64,000 nt of DNA, taken from positions 90,024,001-90,088,000 of the forward strand of contig OX597818.1 in assembly GCA_951406725.2 (NCBI GenBank). The letters run 5' to 3'. Source of the DNA: Octopus vulgaris. Its lineage: Eukaryota. The notes under the pieces are model-generated. The model was not told the DNA's origin and searched no databases. It saw nothing but the letters and a program-made list of their open reading frames with translations. Shown one piece after another: positions 1 through 12,569 of the stretch. The stretch's first letter is position 1. The number at the start of each line of letters is the position of its first letter. The position numbers and the translations under genes were made by a program.

Positions 1-93
1 ATAAGCATGCGCAAATGAAGACATACAATAAAAATACAAAATGGCTGACGGTTAGTAAGGAGAGACACAAATAAGTAAGAAGAAAACAAAGGA

Positions 94-133
94 CCACTGA
101 TGCGGTCACAGGAGTGTGACGAAAGAACTCTGG
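94..133 (+). ncRNA. Type I hammerhead-like motif (variant core CTGATGC)
   Basis: CCA-CTGATGC-G-GTCAC-aggagt-GTGAC-GAAA-GAAC-TC-TGG: stem I CCA/TGG, stem II GTCAC/GTGAC, CUC site; identical copy at 6179-6218. Confidence 0.6.
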
Positions 134-247
134 CTGAAATAAGACTAAGATTAATGTAAAAAATAAATAACACTGAAGCAAAGTAACACCAAATATATAG
201 TGCGTGTGTTTTTATTGGCTAAACTGGCAAAATGACCATTCCTAAAT

Positions 248-291
<44 letters not shown>

Positions 292-485
292 CAGGAAGGT
301 TTACGAAAATAAACAAAAGACGAAGGCAGGTGGAGTACAAACAAGCAAATGTATTAGTATGGCGCTCAGGAATAGAAATAGAACAAGTCTTTTACGTTTC
401 GAGCCTACGCTCTTCGACAGAAAGATACACAGGAAAAAAACAAGGAGAGAAAAAAATGCGTGTAGGAGCTAACGATCTATCATAT
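292..485 (-). mobile_element. Short non-coding PLE-like/retrozyme-like element with HHR variant at 388-425
   Basis: Minus strand TCTTT-CTGTCGA-A-GAGC-gtag-GCTC-GAAAC-GTA-AAAGA; next to (TA)n; related copy at 42228-42490. Confidence 0.6.
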
Positions 486-490
486 GTATA

Positions 491-1061
491 TAATATACTG
501 CCACGCTTTTTGATGGAATCCTTTTCTGTAGAGAAAGGGACTTCATCCTATATTGTTAGTAGTAAACTCACTGCTTGTTACAAGGGGACCGGTAACCATT
601 ACAATATGTAGCGGCGAAAGGTCAACACGTTGTTCTGAAACTGACCAAGGAATTTGTATTTTTAGATATAAATGATGTACTTAAATGTAGTTATGTTTTT
701 AGCTTCTGCTTTTCAGAGTAGGTGAGTAAAATATAAATAAGTGAGTATTTTATTTATATTCCCTCGTAAGCTCTACTGAAGAAGAATGTATCCTTTATAG
801 GATTAATTCCGAAATTGATTCAATATAGAGATAACGAAATTTAAATTTTCTAAAGGTTAGTTGCCCGCTTTCAGTTCAAATTTCCTGTAACAAGTGGATT
901 ATAAGTGGATAAATCAGTGTATTGGCTTTAGAATAACTCTCTTTAGCCCTTAATTATAAGATATTTATACTTCAACCGTAAAGGTTTTTTTAATATACTG
1001 CCACGCTTTTTGATGGAATCCTTTTCTGTAGAGAAAGGGACTTCATCCTATATTGTTAGTA

Positions 1062-1064
<3 letters not shown>
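491..1064 (+). mobile_element. Retrozyme-like element: 500-nt unit with 74-nt terminal direct repeat
   Basis: 491-564 repeated exactly at 991-1064; internal HHR; followed by (TA)n; no meaningful ORF. Confidence 0.75.
771..830 (+). ncRNA. Type I hammerhead ribozyme
   Basis: CTCTA-CTGAAGA-(stem II GAAT..ATCCT-ttat-AGGAT..ATTC)-GAAA-TTGA-t-TCAA-TA-TAGAG; stem I CTCTA/TAGAG. Confidence 0.8.
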
Positions 1065-1141
<77 letters not shown>

Positions 1142-1709
1142 CTAATAGCGACAAAAGCAGTACTGAATAGAAAAAGTAATCTTTAATCTCCAGTTTAATG
1201 AGGAGGATGTGCTAAAACACAGAATACTGCGTTATTTATGGTGAGAGGATCTCTCATAAGGGCTCGTGGTTTGTAAAATTACATCTTTGACAGACGATCG
1301 TTTGCTGCCATATCACGTGATTTCACTTTACTATGGGTTCCTCTGTGACATACGTTATGGTTAATATTGCCTCTGCCGCAACTAGTTATTTTTTAATAAG
1401 CCTGCTGGCTATTTGTGACACTAATACCTGGACAGTTGCTAATATTCTATTTATCGCTGACGGGAGATTATGCTGTTATGTCATTCATGGACATGAGTGA
1501 AACAAGTGAAAGGTATATGCATACATACATACATACATACATACATACATACATACATACATACTATATATATATAGTGAGATGGACCTATGGACCTCTA
1601 AGGTCCTTACACATCAGATAAAAGATTCCTAGATTGTTTTATACCAGAATGTGATTGAACAGGTGTACCTAAAAGTAGAATATGGTCCATATATATATAT
1701 ATAATATAT

Positions 1710-1914
1710 AGTTAATCCAAACAAGAAAACACAAAAAAACCCAAAAAAGAAACAAAAAAACACAGCAACGCGAGGACGTGGAACAATTAAAGTATTATTG
1801 GACGCTCAGGAAAGAAGGGAAGAAGGAGGGTTTAACGTTTCGAGCAGAGCTCTTCGTCGGAAACATAGGAGAAGGAAAGATCCCGAGAAGGGAAGACAGC
1901 GGTACTCACGAGGT

Positions 1915-1918
<4 letters not shown>
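1710..1918 (-). mobile_element. Short HHR-variant element (core CCGACGA, motif 1830-1864)
   Basis: Minus strand GTTT-CCGACGA-A-GAGC-tct-GCTC-GAAAC-GTT-AAAC; (TA)n flanks; second copy at 20506-20717 on plus strand. Confidence 0.6.
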
Positions 1919-1978
<60 letters not shown>

Positions 1979-2009
1979 AACATATTATATATACATATAT
2001 ATGTACATA

Positions 2010-2045
<36 letters not shown>

Positions 2046-2046
<1 letters not shown>

Positions 2047-2358
2047 TTTATTCTTTTATTGGTTTGTGTTACTTTTGGGATTGCCATCATACTGGAGCAT
2101 CACTTTAAAGGTTTTAGTCGAACAAATCGACCTCGGGACTTATTCTTTTCAAAGCCTAGTACTTATTCAATGAATATATTTTTGCTGAACCGCTAAGTTA
2201 CGGGGACGTAACAACATCAACGTCCGTTGTCAAGCGGTGATAGGCGAGGAACAAACACAGGCACAAAGACACACAGACATAGATACATACATACATACAT
2301 ACATACATACATACATGCATACACACACACACATACATATATATATACACACACACAC

Positions 2359-2411
<53 letters not shown>

Positions 2412-2529
2412 CACACACACACACACACACATATGCATACATATACATATATATGGATGAAAACAGTTTGATTCAAATTCTTTGGTACATTTGAGTTTCT
2501 AGCGTGATGTTAGTCGTCAGCCATGTTAA

Positions 2530-2588
<59 letters not shown>

Positions 2589-2684
2589 CATACATACATA
2601 CATACACATACGAAGGGTTTCTTTCAGTTTCCGCCTTTTAAATCCACTCAGAAGGCTTTGGTCGTCCCGTGGCTATAATAGAAG
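2046..2684 (-). mobile_element. SINE family A copy with expanded internal microsatellite
   Basis: Both halves match the family A copies (8216-8670 etc.) in reverse complement. Confidence 0.75.
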
Positions 2685-2747
2685 TAAGAAAGTTTATGTT
2701 CTCATTCATACCGCCTGTATGTTCTGAAAATGTAACTTCATATTCAA

Positions 2748-2830
2748 GGCTCTGATGAAGCTATTGGATGTTATCCTGGTACTCAGCTAAGAGTCAAGCA
2801 CATCTTATATTGCAGAAACAGCTGTAAGCT
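2748..2830 (+). ncRNA. Type I hammerhead ribozyme
   Basis: GCT-CTGATGA-(long imperfect stem II with GATG/CATC)-GAAAC-AGCT-GTA-AGC; palindromic stem III ACAGCTGT. Confidence 0.7.
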
Positions 2831-3084
2831 AATGAAGTTCATTACATAACATTTGTTTTTTTCCGGTGTCATCTGCTTTTCCTATTTATATATGTATTCA
2901 GTGATTGGACAAAATGACGGCAACACCACTTTTTAAAACTGTTTTCTTTTGGTTATATGACAAATTCAAAGCTATTCTAGTCTGTATATATATGTCCATT
3001 TGCGTAATGTATGACTTGTATTTCGTAGTATAGCCCTTTGTTTTTCCCTTTTCAGTAGATATTTATATTTAATAAATTAGATAT

Positions 3085-3340
3085 CTGATTTCTGAGGTGA
3101 TAAATTGTAGGACCGCAAGTGATTGAAGCTTCAGTTACAAAAACTGTTGAATTATTTGAAATTTCGGAAAATACAGTCTCCAAAATCTTTTTAGTATTTC
3201 CAGCCAAGGTAAAACCGGCTTCACTAAGTATAATTCAGGACGGAAGGCAAAGCTCAGGAAGAGAGACCAAAAAATAATGAAACGCATTGTTTCCAAAATT
3301 AAAAAATTCAAACTATAGCAACGAAAGTGACAGCATGAGA
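3085..3340 (+). pseudogene. Tc1-like transposase N-terminal remnant
   Basis: Translates across frameshifts to IVG..EASVTKTVELFEISENTVSKI..GKT..NSGRKAKL..RDQKIMKRIVSK, a typical Tc1 HTH/GRPR-like region. Confidence 0.65.
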
Positions 3341-3546
3341 TCCTTAAAATTCGATACTGTTAGATGGCTGTAAATGCTAAACCCTACCCCGAACACTAAC
3401 CCTAACCCCACAAACATTGGTTGGCGGTAAATATGGTATCTAGAGTATCAGAAGTGATTAATGGCTCAGTCAAAGAATGTCATCTCTGATTAAGCATCAT
3501 TTATCCTTTTCCCCTGCTAAATTCCGCTGCTAAATTTTTTGCTAAT

Positions 3547-3690
3547 ATTTACATCATTTACATTTGACGGATATTTGTCCTCATCTTGTTTGTTGTTAAT
3601 ACAACGTTTCGGCTGGCATACCCTCCAACATTCTTCAAGTGTCTTGGGGAAATTTCGAACCTGGGTTCTCATTCCTAAGGTATTTTTCGA

Positions 3691-3772
<82 letters not shown>

Positions 3773-3881
3773 GTTGTTTTTGTTAGCAACCACTACGCCA
3801 TATGCCCGTGGGCATATGGTATAATAGTTAAGAGCGCGGGCTACTAACCCCAAGATACCGAGTTCGATTCCAAGCAGTGAT

Positions 3882-3921
<40 letters not shown>

Positions 3922-3953
3922 GTAATAATAATGATAATAATAATAACAATAAC

Positions 3954-3996
<43 letters not shown>

Positions 3997-4140
3997 TCGA
4001 AAAATACCTTAGGAATGAGAACCCAGGTTCGAAATTTCCCCAAGACACCTGAAGAAGGCTGGAGGGTATATCAGCCAAAACATTGTGTTGACAACAAACA
4101 AGATGAGGACAAATATCCGTCGAATGTAAACGATGTAAAT
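3547..4140. mobile_element. Fold-back element: tRNA-like head + (AAT)n + HHR-bearing tail, two copies head-to-head
   Basis: Arms 3547-3695 and 3990-4140 are reverse complements; centre TGCCC-GT-GGGCA; A/B-box-like head 3810-3880; decayed HHRs at 3599-3642 (-) and 4045-4088 (+). Confidence 0.8.
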
Positions 4141-4586
4141 TATTTACTTTCTGTTGATGATATGAATATGTTTAAATATCTAACTTGCTGTTTATGCTTG
4201 AAGTCTATGGGGTCATCTGATGAGAACGATTTTCTTTGTAATGATGCAATAGTTTCATTGATTAGTTAAAAGAGTCACTGGGAACGGCCTTAATAAACGG
4301 ACACTTATACATCTTTGTTACTTATTTATATTTTACTCACCTACCCTGGAATCTGCACTTCGGAAGTAATTGGAAAGTATCTTTATATAAAGTACATATC
4401 TGAACAAATAAGTGCGGATTTATCCACTAAGTTGGAGCGTGCCATCTGCATTCACTGGTTGAATATCAGGTGGAAAAAATTCTATGTAGAGTTTGATACT
4501 CACCTAATATTGTGTGAGTGGGCAAATAAGTTCGTCCGAACAAGGTGCCTCGATTTAAGTACCTAATTCAACTGAATCTAGATTAC

Positions 4587-4640
<54 letters not shown>

Positions 4641-4644
<4 letters not shown>

Positions 4645-4945
4645 CTTGATCACCTTGACCGACCAGTCCGTTAGGCGTCCATTTGACACCGCTGGTCACA
4701 GCACGCTGTCCACTCCTCTCTGAATCGCGCCTTTCTCATCCACGTGATCCCAATCGTCCTCCTGAAATCGTAACTCCACCTTCGTGGAGGTCTTCCGGGT
4801 GGTCTTTTCCGCTCGCGCGGGTACCACTCGACAACTGGGTGCGTTCACCGATTATGGTTGAGCCGGGCGACGTGTCCAGCCCATCTATACTTGCTGCGTG
4901 TATACTCTGTGGTGACATCTCTCACGCCGGACTTCTTTCTGATGA
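4641..4945 (-). mobile_element. RTE-clade LINE 3' fragment
   Basis: Minus strand encodes IRKKSGVRDV..KYRWAGHVARL..VEWYPRERKRPPGRPPRRWS..TWMRKAR.REEW; tail ends in GGTCAAGGTGATCAAGGTGA inside (TA)n. Confidence 0.85.
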
Positions 4946-4981
4946 TCTCTATATATATCTTTCATCATCAGATCATCAGAA

Positions 4982-5055
<74 letters not shown>

Positions 5056-5239
5056 ATATGCATGTATGTATATCGAAATTGCAATGATAATCTGGGACTC
5101 GACTCAGGAAAGAAAACTCCGAATGACCCGTCCTTGTTTTCTTTGTATCGTCTATCTGGATGTTTTGCGTTCTTGTCCCATTTTGTATTATATATATACA
5201 CACATAATATATAAGAAACTAGTTAAAAATAATGGTCAT

Positions 5240-5450
5240 TACATATTATTCCTTTATTGGATCACATTTGGCTTACAGCTGTTTCCAGTTGTCATTATAG
5301 GTACATTACTGATAGGTTTACTCAATCAGTCCTTCAATTTTCCTCACCTGATCAATAGACCAAGTGAGTAACCCTATCAGTAACATACCTACAATGCCTA
5401 CAGGAAACAGTTGTAAGCCAAATTTGCTTCAAGAAAGGAATTATATGTAA
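5240..5450. repeat. Imperfect inverted repeat with HHR 3' half in each arm
   Basis: Arms about 5240-5323 and 5365-5450, each with GAAACAG(C/T)TGTAAGCC. Confidence 0.65.
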
Positions 5451-5707
5451 CTAGCTTACCACGTACCGTCAATAATGACGGCTAATTGTAATATTTTATA
5501 TATAAATAAAGAACATACAAACATTCACATATTTCCCTTGTATATGCACACACATACACACATATGCTTACACAGAGTTGAAACGCTGATTTTTTCACCC
5601 CTTCCTTTCTCTCATTACTATTACTTTTCTAACTCACTCTCAGTCAGGGCTATTACTCTCACTACTTCACCTTCACTGAATTACTATTTTCTCTCCTCCT
5701 CCGGACA

Positions 5708-5751
<44 letters not shown>

Positions 5752-5754
<3 letters not shown>

Positions 5755-6345
5755 CTGAATGGTCATATTGCCAGTTTAGCCAATAAAAACACACGCACTA
5801 TATATTTGGTGTTATTTTGCTTCAGTGATATTTTTTTTTTTCGATTAGATTTTTTTTTTCGATTAGATTTATTATTATTATTACTAATATTGTTCTTATA
5901 CATACATACAAGCATATGTAATGATAATAATGGGTGGATGTAAACACATGAACAAAATTAGAACAAAAGCAACAACAACAAAAACAAAATACAAATTACA
6001 TGAATGTATATAAACAGAAGATACAAATATTACAGGCATCCCCCCCCCACACACACACTAAATAAACATAGACGCACATAGAGATATAAGCATGCGCAAA
6101 TGAAGACATACAATAGAAATACAAAATGGCTGACGGTTAGTAAGGAGAGACACAAATAAGTGAGAAGAAAACAAAGGACCACTGATGCGGTCACAGGAGT
6201 GTGACGAAAGAACTCTGGCCGAAATAAGATTAAGATTAATGTAAAAAAAAAAGAAAGAAATATCACTGAAGCAAAATAACACAAAATATATAGTGCGTGT
6301 GTTTTTATTGGCTAAACTGGCAATATGACCATTCCGAAATATAAC
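5752..6345 (+). mobile_element. PLE-like non-coding element with inverted 3' segment at its 5' end; HHR variant 6179-6218
   Basis: 5752-5830 is the reverse complement of 6261-6340; 6086-6345 matches 1-255. Confidence 0.75.
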
Positions 6346-6403
6346 AATATCTGTTTCAACACACGACTTCACATAAAAAATCTTGCACAACAAATATTTA
6401 AAC

Positions 6404-6465
<62 letters not shown>

Positions 6466-6777
6466 AATATATAAAAACACTACGGTCAATATTGTATTAG
6501 GAAATGACCGTTATTTTAAACTTGTTTCTTAAATATCACTCTGTGTAAAGTTTGTCTGGAGTTTATCCACATATTTTCAATATAGAATTGTGATGAACCA
6601 TAACCTTGGACTCTACAAACAGATTCTTTGGACTTCTTCACTAATCTACACGATATTGTTAGCCTGGGGTGGCAACACAGAGCTTATGAAACATTTTTCC
6701 CGGATTGATAATCCTTCACTATTTGCTCTCTATTCCCCCCTCTCTCCCCCTCTCTTTCTATATATATATACACACAC

Positions 6778-6881
6778 AGTGGTAGTGGTGTTGGTTGTAG
6801 TAGTTATAGTGGTAGTAACAATAGCAGTGGCAAGGGTGGTAGTAAGGTAGTAATAATAGTAGTGGTGGTGGTAATCGTAGC

Positions 6882-6915
<34 letters not shown>

Positions 6916-6965
6916 AAAGAATTGTGGCAGTTGTAACAGTAGTGTTTGTAGTAGTTGGGTGGTGA

Positions 6966-6997
<32 letters not shown>

Positions 6998-7059
6998 ATA
7001 GTAGAAGTAGTAGTAGTAATGATAGTGAATATGGTAGTGGTAGCAGCAACAGCAACCAC

Positions 7060-7125
<66 letters not shown>

Positions 7126-7240
7126 GGTGGTGGTGGTGGTGGTGGTGGTGGTGGTGATGGTGGTGGTGATGGTGGTGGTGGTGGTTGTGGTAGTGGTAGT
7201 AGTAGTAGTAGTAGTAGTAGTAGCAGCAGCAGCAGCAGTG
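6778..7240. repeat. (GTA)n/(GGT)n compound microsatellite
   Basis: Direct inspection. Confidence 0.95.
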
Positions 7241-7625
7241 GCCTTTGTTGTTCTCCGTAGCCTTTGATCCTCAGAACAGCTGTACTCTTATGAAACAGTA
7301 ATGTCTCTTCCGTCGTTATTGTTCAGTCTCAGGTTAGCCATTAATGGTAAAAGCATTCCAGCCATGTGTCTTAGGTCTATTTAGTCAATCTCATATTACA
7401 TTATCCATTGTAATTCGAGATTACATTGTCCAATATGTCCTTCCTTCATTCAGACAATAGGATATGATTACTGAATTAATTTTCCTATTGTTTCTAGCAG
7501 ATCGAGTGACCATGTCTAGGTTTCCTCGTTATTGTTAGATTATGTCTTCTTTTCAGAAGTCTCTACACAGTCGTTGCACTTTTTAGAAACAGTAGCCAAT
7601 TCTCCCTCAAATCACACCCGGATAT

Positions 7626-8056
7626 GTTTTCTACTCTAGGCACAATGCCCGAAATTTTGGGGGAGGGCGCCAGTCGATTAGATCGACCCAGTACGCAATT
7701 GGTACTAAATTTATCGACCCCTGAAAAGATGAAAGACAAAGTCGTCCTCGGCAGAATTTGAACTCAGAACGTAAAGACAGACGAAATACCGCTAAGCACT
7801 TCGCCTGCGCGTGCTAACGTTTCTTATTTCTTTATTGCCCACAAGGGGCTAAACATAAAGGGGACAAACGAGGACAGACAAAGGGATTAAGTCGATTTTA
7901 TCGACCCCAGTGCGTAACTGGTACTTATTTAATCGACCCCGAAAGGATGAAAGGCAAAGTCGATCCCGGCGGAATTTGGACTCAGAACGTAAAGACAGAC
8001 GAAATGCAACTCAGCATTTTGTCCGGCGTGCTAACGTTTCTGCCAGCTCGCCGCCT
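7626..8056 (-). mobile_element. Two tandem SINE family B copies (tRNA-like head, Nin/Deu-like central domain)
   Basis: Reverse complement of GGCGAGCTGGCAGAAACGTTAGC..GAGTTCAAATTCC..GACTTTGCCTTTCATCCTTTCGGGGTCGAT; two alternative tails. Confidence 0.85.
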
Positions 8057-8215
8057 TGACATTCGGTTACCTTAAAGAAGGGAGACGTTGCCGGGAGCTC
8101 CGGGAAGAGTTCTCTCATTTTCGTAAAGGACCGCGTCCGTGGAATCGGCTCGTCCGGAGACACGGTTATGGTGCCTCTAGAGCGTCGCGTCTCGGGCGTT
8201 AGTGAATAAAAAAAA

Positions 8216-8380
8216 GGCATAGGAGTGGCTGTGCGGTAAGTGGCTTGCTTGCCAACCACATGGTTCCGGGTTCAGTCCCACTGCGTGACAACGTTAGCAA
8301 ATGTCTTCTACTATAGCCTCAGGCCGACCAAAGCCTTGTGAGTGGATTTGGTAGACGGAAACTGAAAGAAGCCCGTCGTA

Positions 8381-8464
<84 letters not shown>

Positions 8465-8670
8465 TGTCTGTCTCCCCAACATCGCTTGACAACCGATGCT
8501 GGTGTGTTTACGTCCCTGTAACTTAGCGGTTCGGCAAAAAGAGACCGATAGAATAAGTACTAGGCTTACAAAGATTAAGTCCTGGGGGGTCGATTTGCTC
8601 GACTAAAGGCGGGGCTCCAGCATGGCTGCAGTCAAATGGCTGAAACGTGTAAAAGAGAGAGTAAAGAGTA
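8216..8670 (+). mobile_element. SINE family A (tRNA-derived, CORE-like domain, CR1-like tail)
   Basis: A box TGGCTGTGCGG, B box GGTTCAGTCCC, internal (TA)(TG) tract, tail CCAGCATGGCTGCAGTCAAATGGCTGAAAC; more than 15 copies in window. Confidence 0.9.
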
Positions 8671-9001
8671 TTTTACGGACTAACATCATGTTTATTTTAC
8701 CAAGGGTTACGTTATGGTGCGGCTTATCCCCAAAATAATTAAGTGAACCATTCCTTTTTCTGACGGTACTGCAGCAAGTTTTAATTACTTGAACTTACTG
8801 CTGAAAACTGTCATACCAAGCAGTCGAGAGGACCCCAAATTTGTGGGGTTTTATCTTCAGTGTGATGGAGTACCCTCACATTACCTTAGTAATTGTAAGG
8901 GCTTATCTTGATGAGATTTTGCCGAACGGATGAATTGGACGAAAGCTTTTAGTTGAATACCCTTCGCTTTCACCGAACTTAACATCACTATACTTTTTGT
9001 A

Positions 9002-9386
9002 TCTCTCTCTATATAAACGGCAGTTTGTCTGTGCGTGTTTCTGTGTGTCTGTTTGCTTGTACCCTCACCCTGACCACGGCTTTCAACTGATTCTGATGAA
9101 ACTTGACACACACATAGCCCAATGTCATAATTCAAAACTAACGCAGCGAAAATTTTGAAAAGTTCCCCCAGTTCTGAAAAAATCGATAAATTCGACATGG
9201 GGTCGAGAATCAGAAACACGAACCACAAACTGTCTAGGGGTCGCAACTCCACCTTTTTTAAATCTCAAAAAAAAATTTACCATCATTTTTTTTCCATTTT
9301 TTTGCTATTTTTTGGCTATAACTCTCTAAAAATGCTTTATAGTTATTTCCCTTACAAACCTGAGCAACGCCGGGCGATACTGCTAG
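9002..9386 (+). mobile_element. Non-autonomous Helitron-like element
   Basis: 5' TC after A, 3' hairpin CCTGAGC-aac-GCCGGG followed by CTAG then T; GTCT/GTGT microsatellite near the 5' end. Confidence 0.75.
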
Positions 9387-9608
9387 TATGATATAAAACT
9401 ACTTACAGTCAATGACCTGAAGGCGAGAATGCACACAATTGCCAAATAAAATATTTCGTCATGTTTGTTGTTTTGTTTCACATTATCAGCAGTTTCATGA
9501 AAACAAACAAACAAACTCAAATAAACAAATAAATTGAATTCTTTTTGCAGGGTCAATTAAATTTTGAAAATGTAATATATAAACAGTAACATCGTGTATA
9601 TGCATTTG

Positions 9609-9777
9609 CATAGGAGTGGCTGTGTGGTAACTAGCTTGCTTACGAACCACATGGTTCCGGGTTCAGTCCCCCTGCGTGGCACCATGGGCAACTGTCTTCT
9701 ACTATAGCCTCAGGCCGACCAAAGCCTTGTGAGTGGATTTGGTAGACGGAAACTGAAAGAAGCCCGTCGTATATATG

Positions 9778-9814
<37 letters not shown>

Positions 9815-10032
9815 ATGTTTGTGTGTTTGTGTCTGTCTCCCCAACATCGCTTGACAACCGATGCTGGTTTGTTTACGTCCCTGTAACTTAGCGGTTCGGC
9901 AAAAAGAGACCGATAGAATAAGTACTAGGCTTACAAAGATTAAGTCCTGGGGGGGTCGATTTGCTCGACTAAAGGCGAGGCTCCAGCATGGCCACAGTGA
10001 AATGACTGAAACAAGTAAAAGAGTAAAAGAGT
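9609..10032 (+). mobile_element. SINE family A
   Basis: Full-length match to 8216-8670. Confidence 0.9.
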
Positions 10033-10096
10033 ATATGTTTATGCACGTATACATATACATACATACAAACATGCACGTATATATATATATATATAT

Positions 10097-10404
10097 ATCA
10101 CGTGATCACGTGACCGACCAGACCATCAGATGTTGTTATACATCGCTGGTCACAATGCGTTCGCATTGTTTTAGCCTTCGAATGACGCCACCCCGCTGGC
10201 TAAGCGAGCAGGCCAACAGAGGAAAGAGTGGGAGAAAGAGTGGTGAAAGAGTATAGCAGGGATCACCACCATCCCCTGCCGGAGCCTCATGGAGCTTTTA
10301 GGTGTTTTCGCTCAATAAACACTCACAACGCCCGGTCTGGGAATCGAAACCGCGATCCTGCGACCGCGAGTCCGCTGCCCTAACCACTAGGCCATTGCGC
10401 CTCC
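10097..10404 (-). mobile_element. SINE family C (tRNA-Arg-like head, RTE-derived tail)
   Basis: Head TGGCCTAGTGGTTAGGGCAGCGGACTCGCGG..GGTTTCGATTCC; tail similar to the RTE end at 4641-4715. Confidence 0.85.
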
Positions 10405-10621
10405 ACACACACACATACGCACACACACACATTGCTGCTGGTTTAGCCTGTTTCACTTGGGTCAGTTGTGCTGCAGTGAAGCTGCTTATGCTTTTCCTCA
10501 ATGGATCAGCTCACATAATTACTAGATCTATTCAACTAATTTTCTCCTCACCACACAGAACCTTTCATTAACCGATAATTCAGATGATTCATCTATGTTT
10601 TTTCTTTTCCTTTTTGCTATA

Positions 10622-10679
<58 letters not shown>

Positions 10680-10977
10680 AATATTTTTTTATTTGTTCTA
10701 CTTTCTCGCGCTCCGACTTTGATGGAGCATATTTTAGTTTTGTTTTCTGACGTAATGTGTCCCACCAGACAGATTACGTCAGTCTATTTATGGAATACAG
10801 ACACAAACGCACACACATACACATTCATATACATATATATACATGTACATACATGCACGCATACATGCACGCATGCATACACCCAAACACACACATACAC
10901 ACACACATACACACACACACACGCCACATATGTATTCTTGCATACACATACATATATCATCTTTATTTGCATAGTCC

Positions 10978-11010
<33 letters not shown>

Positions 11011-11203
11011 TGTATGTATGTATGTATGTATGTATGTATGCATGTGTGTGTGCGTGTGTAAATATGGGCATATAACTTTTGCTGTGTTTATATACATTTG
11101 AATAGACATACATATATACATGTATACATATATGTGTAAGCATTGGTCTTTTATACCACCTCACTCTTCGTTCGTATATCGTATGTATGTATGTACACAT
11201 GTG

Positions 11204-11292
<89 letters not shown>

Positions 11293-11293
11293 G

Positions 11294-11341
<48 letters not shown>

Positions 11342-11651
11342 CATACATACATACATACATACATACATACATACATACATACATACATACATACATACAT
11401 ACATACATGCATGCATGCATGCATGCATATAGAAGCGGGAAGTGTGCATGTGAAATAGCTGATAACTTCCTTAAGCTTCCTAATTAGCAGCGGAGGTTGT
11501 TCACCGATAGCAATGCTGGCGAAGAAGAATGTAGGAAAATTCAGATGGCTATGGACGTAATAATACAAAGCTAGAACAGCATGGGTTTATATATCTCGAT
11601 GGAAACTGACGATGCAAACTTTGCTTAGCTCCTTTTGGCACTTAAAAGTAT

Positions 11652-12058
11652 ACTCTCTTTACTCTTTTACTTGTTTCAGTCATTTCACTGCGGCCATGCT
11701 GGAGCACCGCCTTTAGTCGAGCAAATCGACCCCCGGGACTTATTCTTTCGTAAGCCCAGTACTTATTCTATCGGTCTCTTTTGCCGAACCACTAAGTTAC
11801 GGGGACGTAAACACACCAGCATCGGTTGTCAAGCAATGCTAGGGGTACAAACACACACACACATACACAAACACATATATATATATACATATATCCGACA
11901 GGCTTCTTTCAGTTTCTGTCTACCAAATCCACTCACAAGGCATTGGTCGGCCCGGGGCTATAGCAGAAGACACTTGCCCAAGATGCCACGCAGTGGGACT
12001 GAACCCGGAACCATGTGGTTGGTTAGCAAGCTACTTACCACACAGCCACTCCTGTATA
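11652..12058 (-). mobile_element. SINE family A
   Basis: Full-length reverse-complement match. Confidence 0.9.
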
Positions 12059-12494
12059 GGTAAAATATTAAAAAGAAAACTGAACGTATAGCAATTAAAA
12101 GCATGACACAGGGGGAAATATAACTGAGAAACTATAAGGAACAAATTCTTAATCTTCTTTTTCTGTGTCATTGTCCTTTTTTAAAGACCTTCAACGTCAC
12201 CATGTATTGTAAGTCATTGACTTTCTCTATTTCTAAGAGGCCAAAACAAATAAATCACTGCAAATAATACATGTATTGAATTAAGCTCATTACTACATTT
12301 TAAACACATGTAATACCAGTAACTCTGTAGAATAACAAACTATGAAAGCCCTGATATTTAAAAAACAAGTTAAGTATGTCGTCTGATGATTGTCTAACAC
12401 ATGCTGCATATGAAACTGTGTTGTATAATAACGGATTATATATATATATCATTTGACATGCACACAGATACACTTACATATATAGAAGCACACA

Positions 12495-12569
<75 letters not shown>

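Noticed and set aside
1308-1330. Minus-strand GAAA-TCACGTGA-TA-TGG resembling an HHR 3' half
   Set aside because: No matching CUGANGA and stem II found
3378-3410. CCCTAA-like telomeric repeats (also 16503-16517)
   Set aside because: Only 2-3 degenerate units; insufficient for an interstitial telomere or telomere-linked PLE call
4217-4260. CTGATGA motif
   Set aside because: No GAAA/NUH partner or stem I
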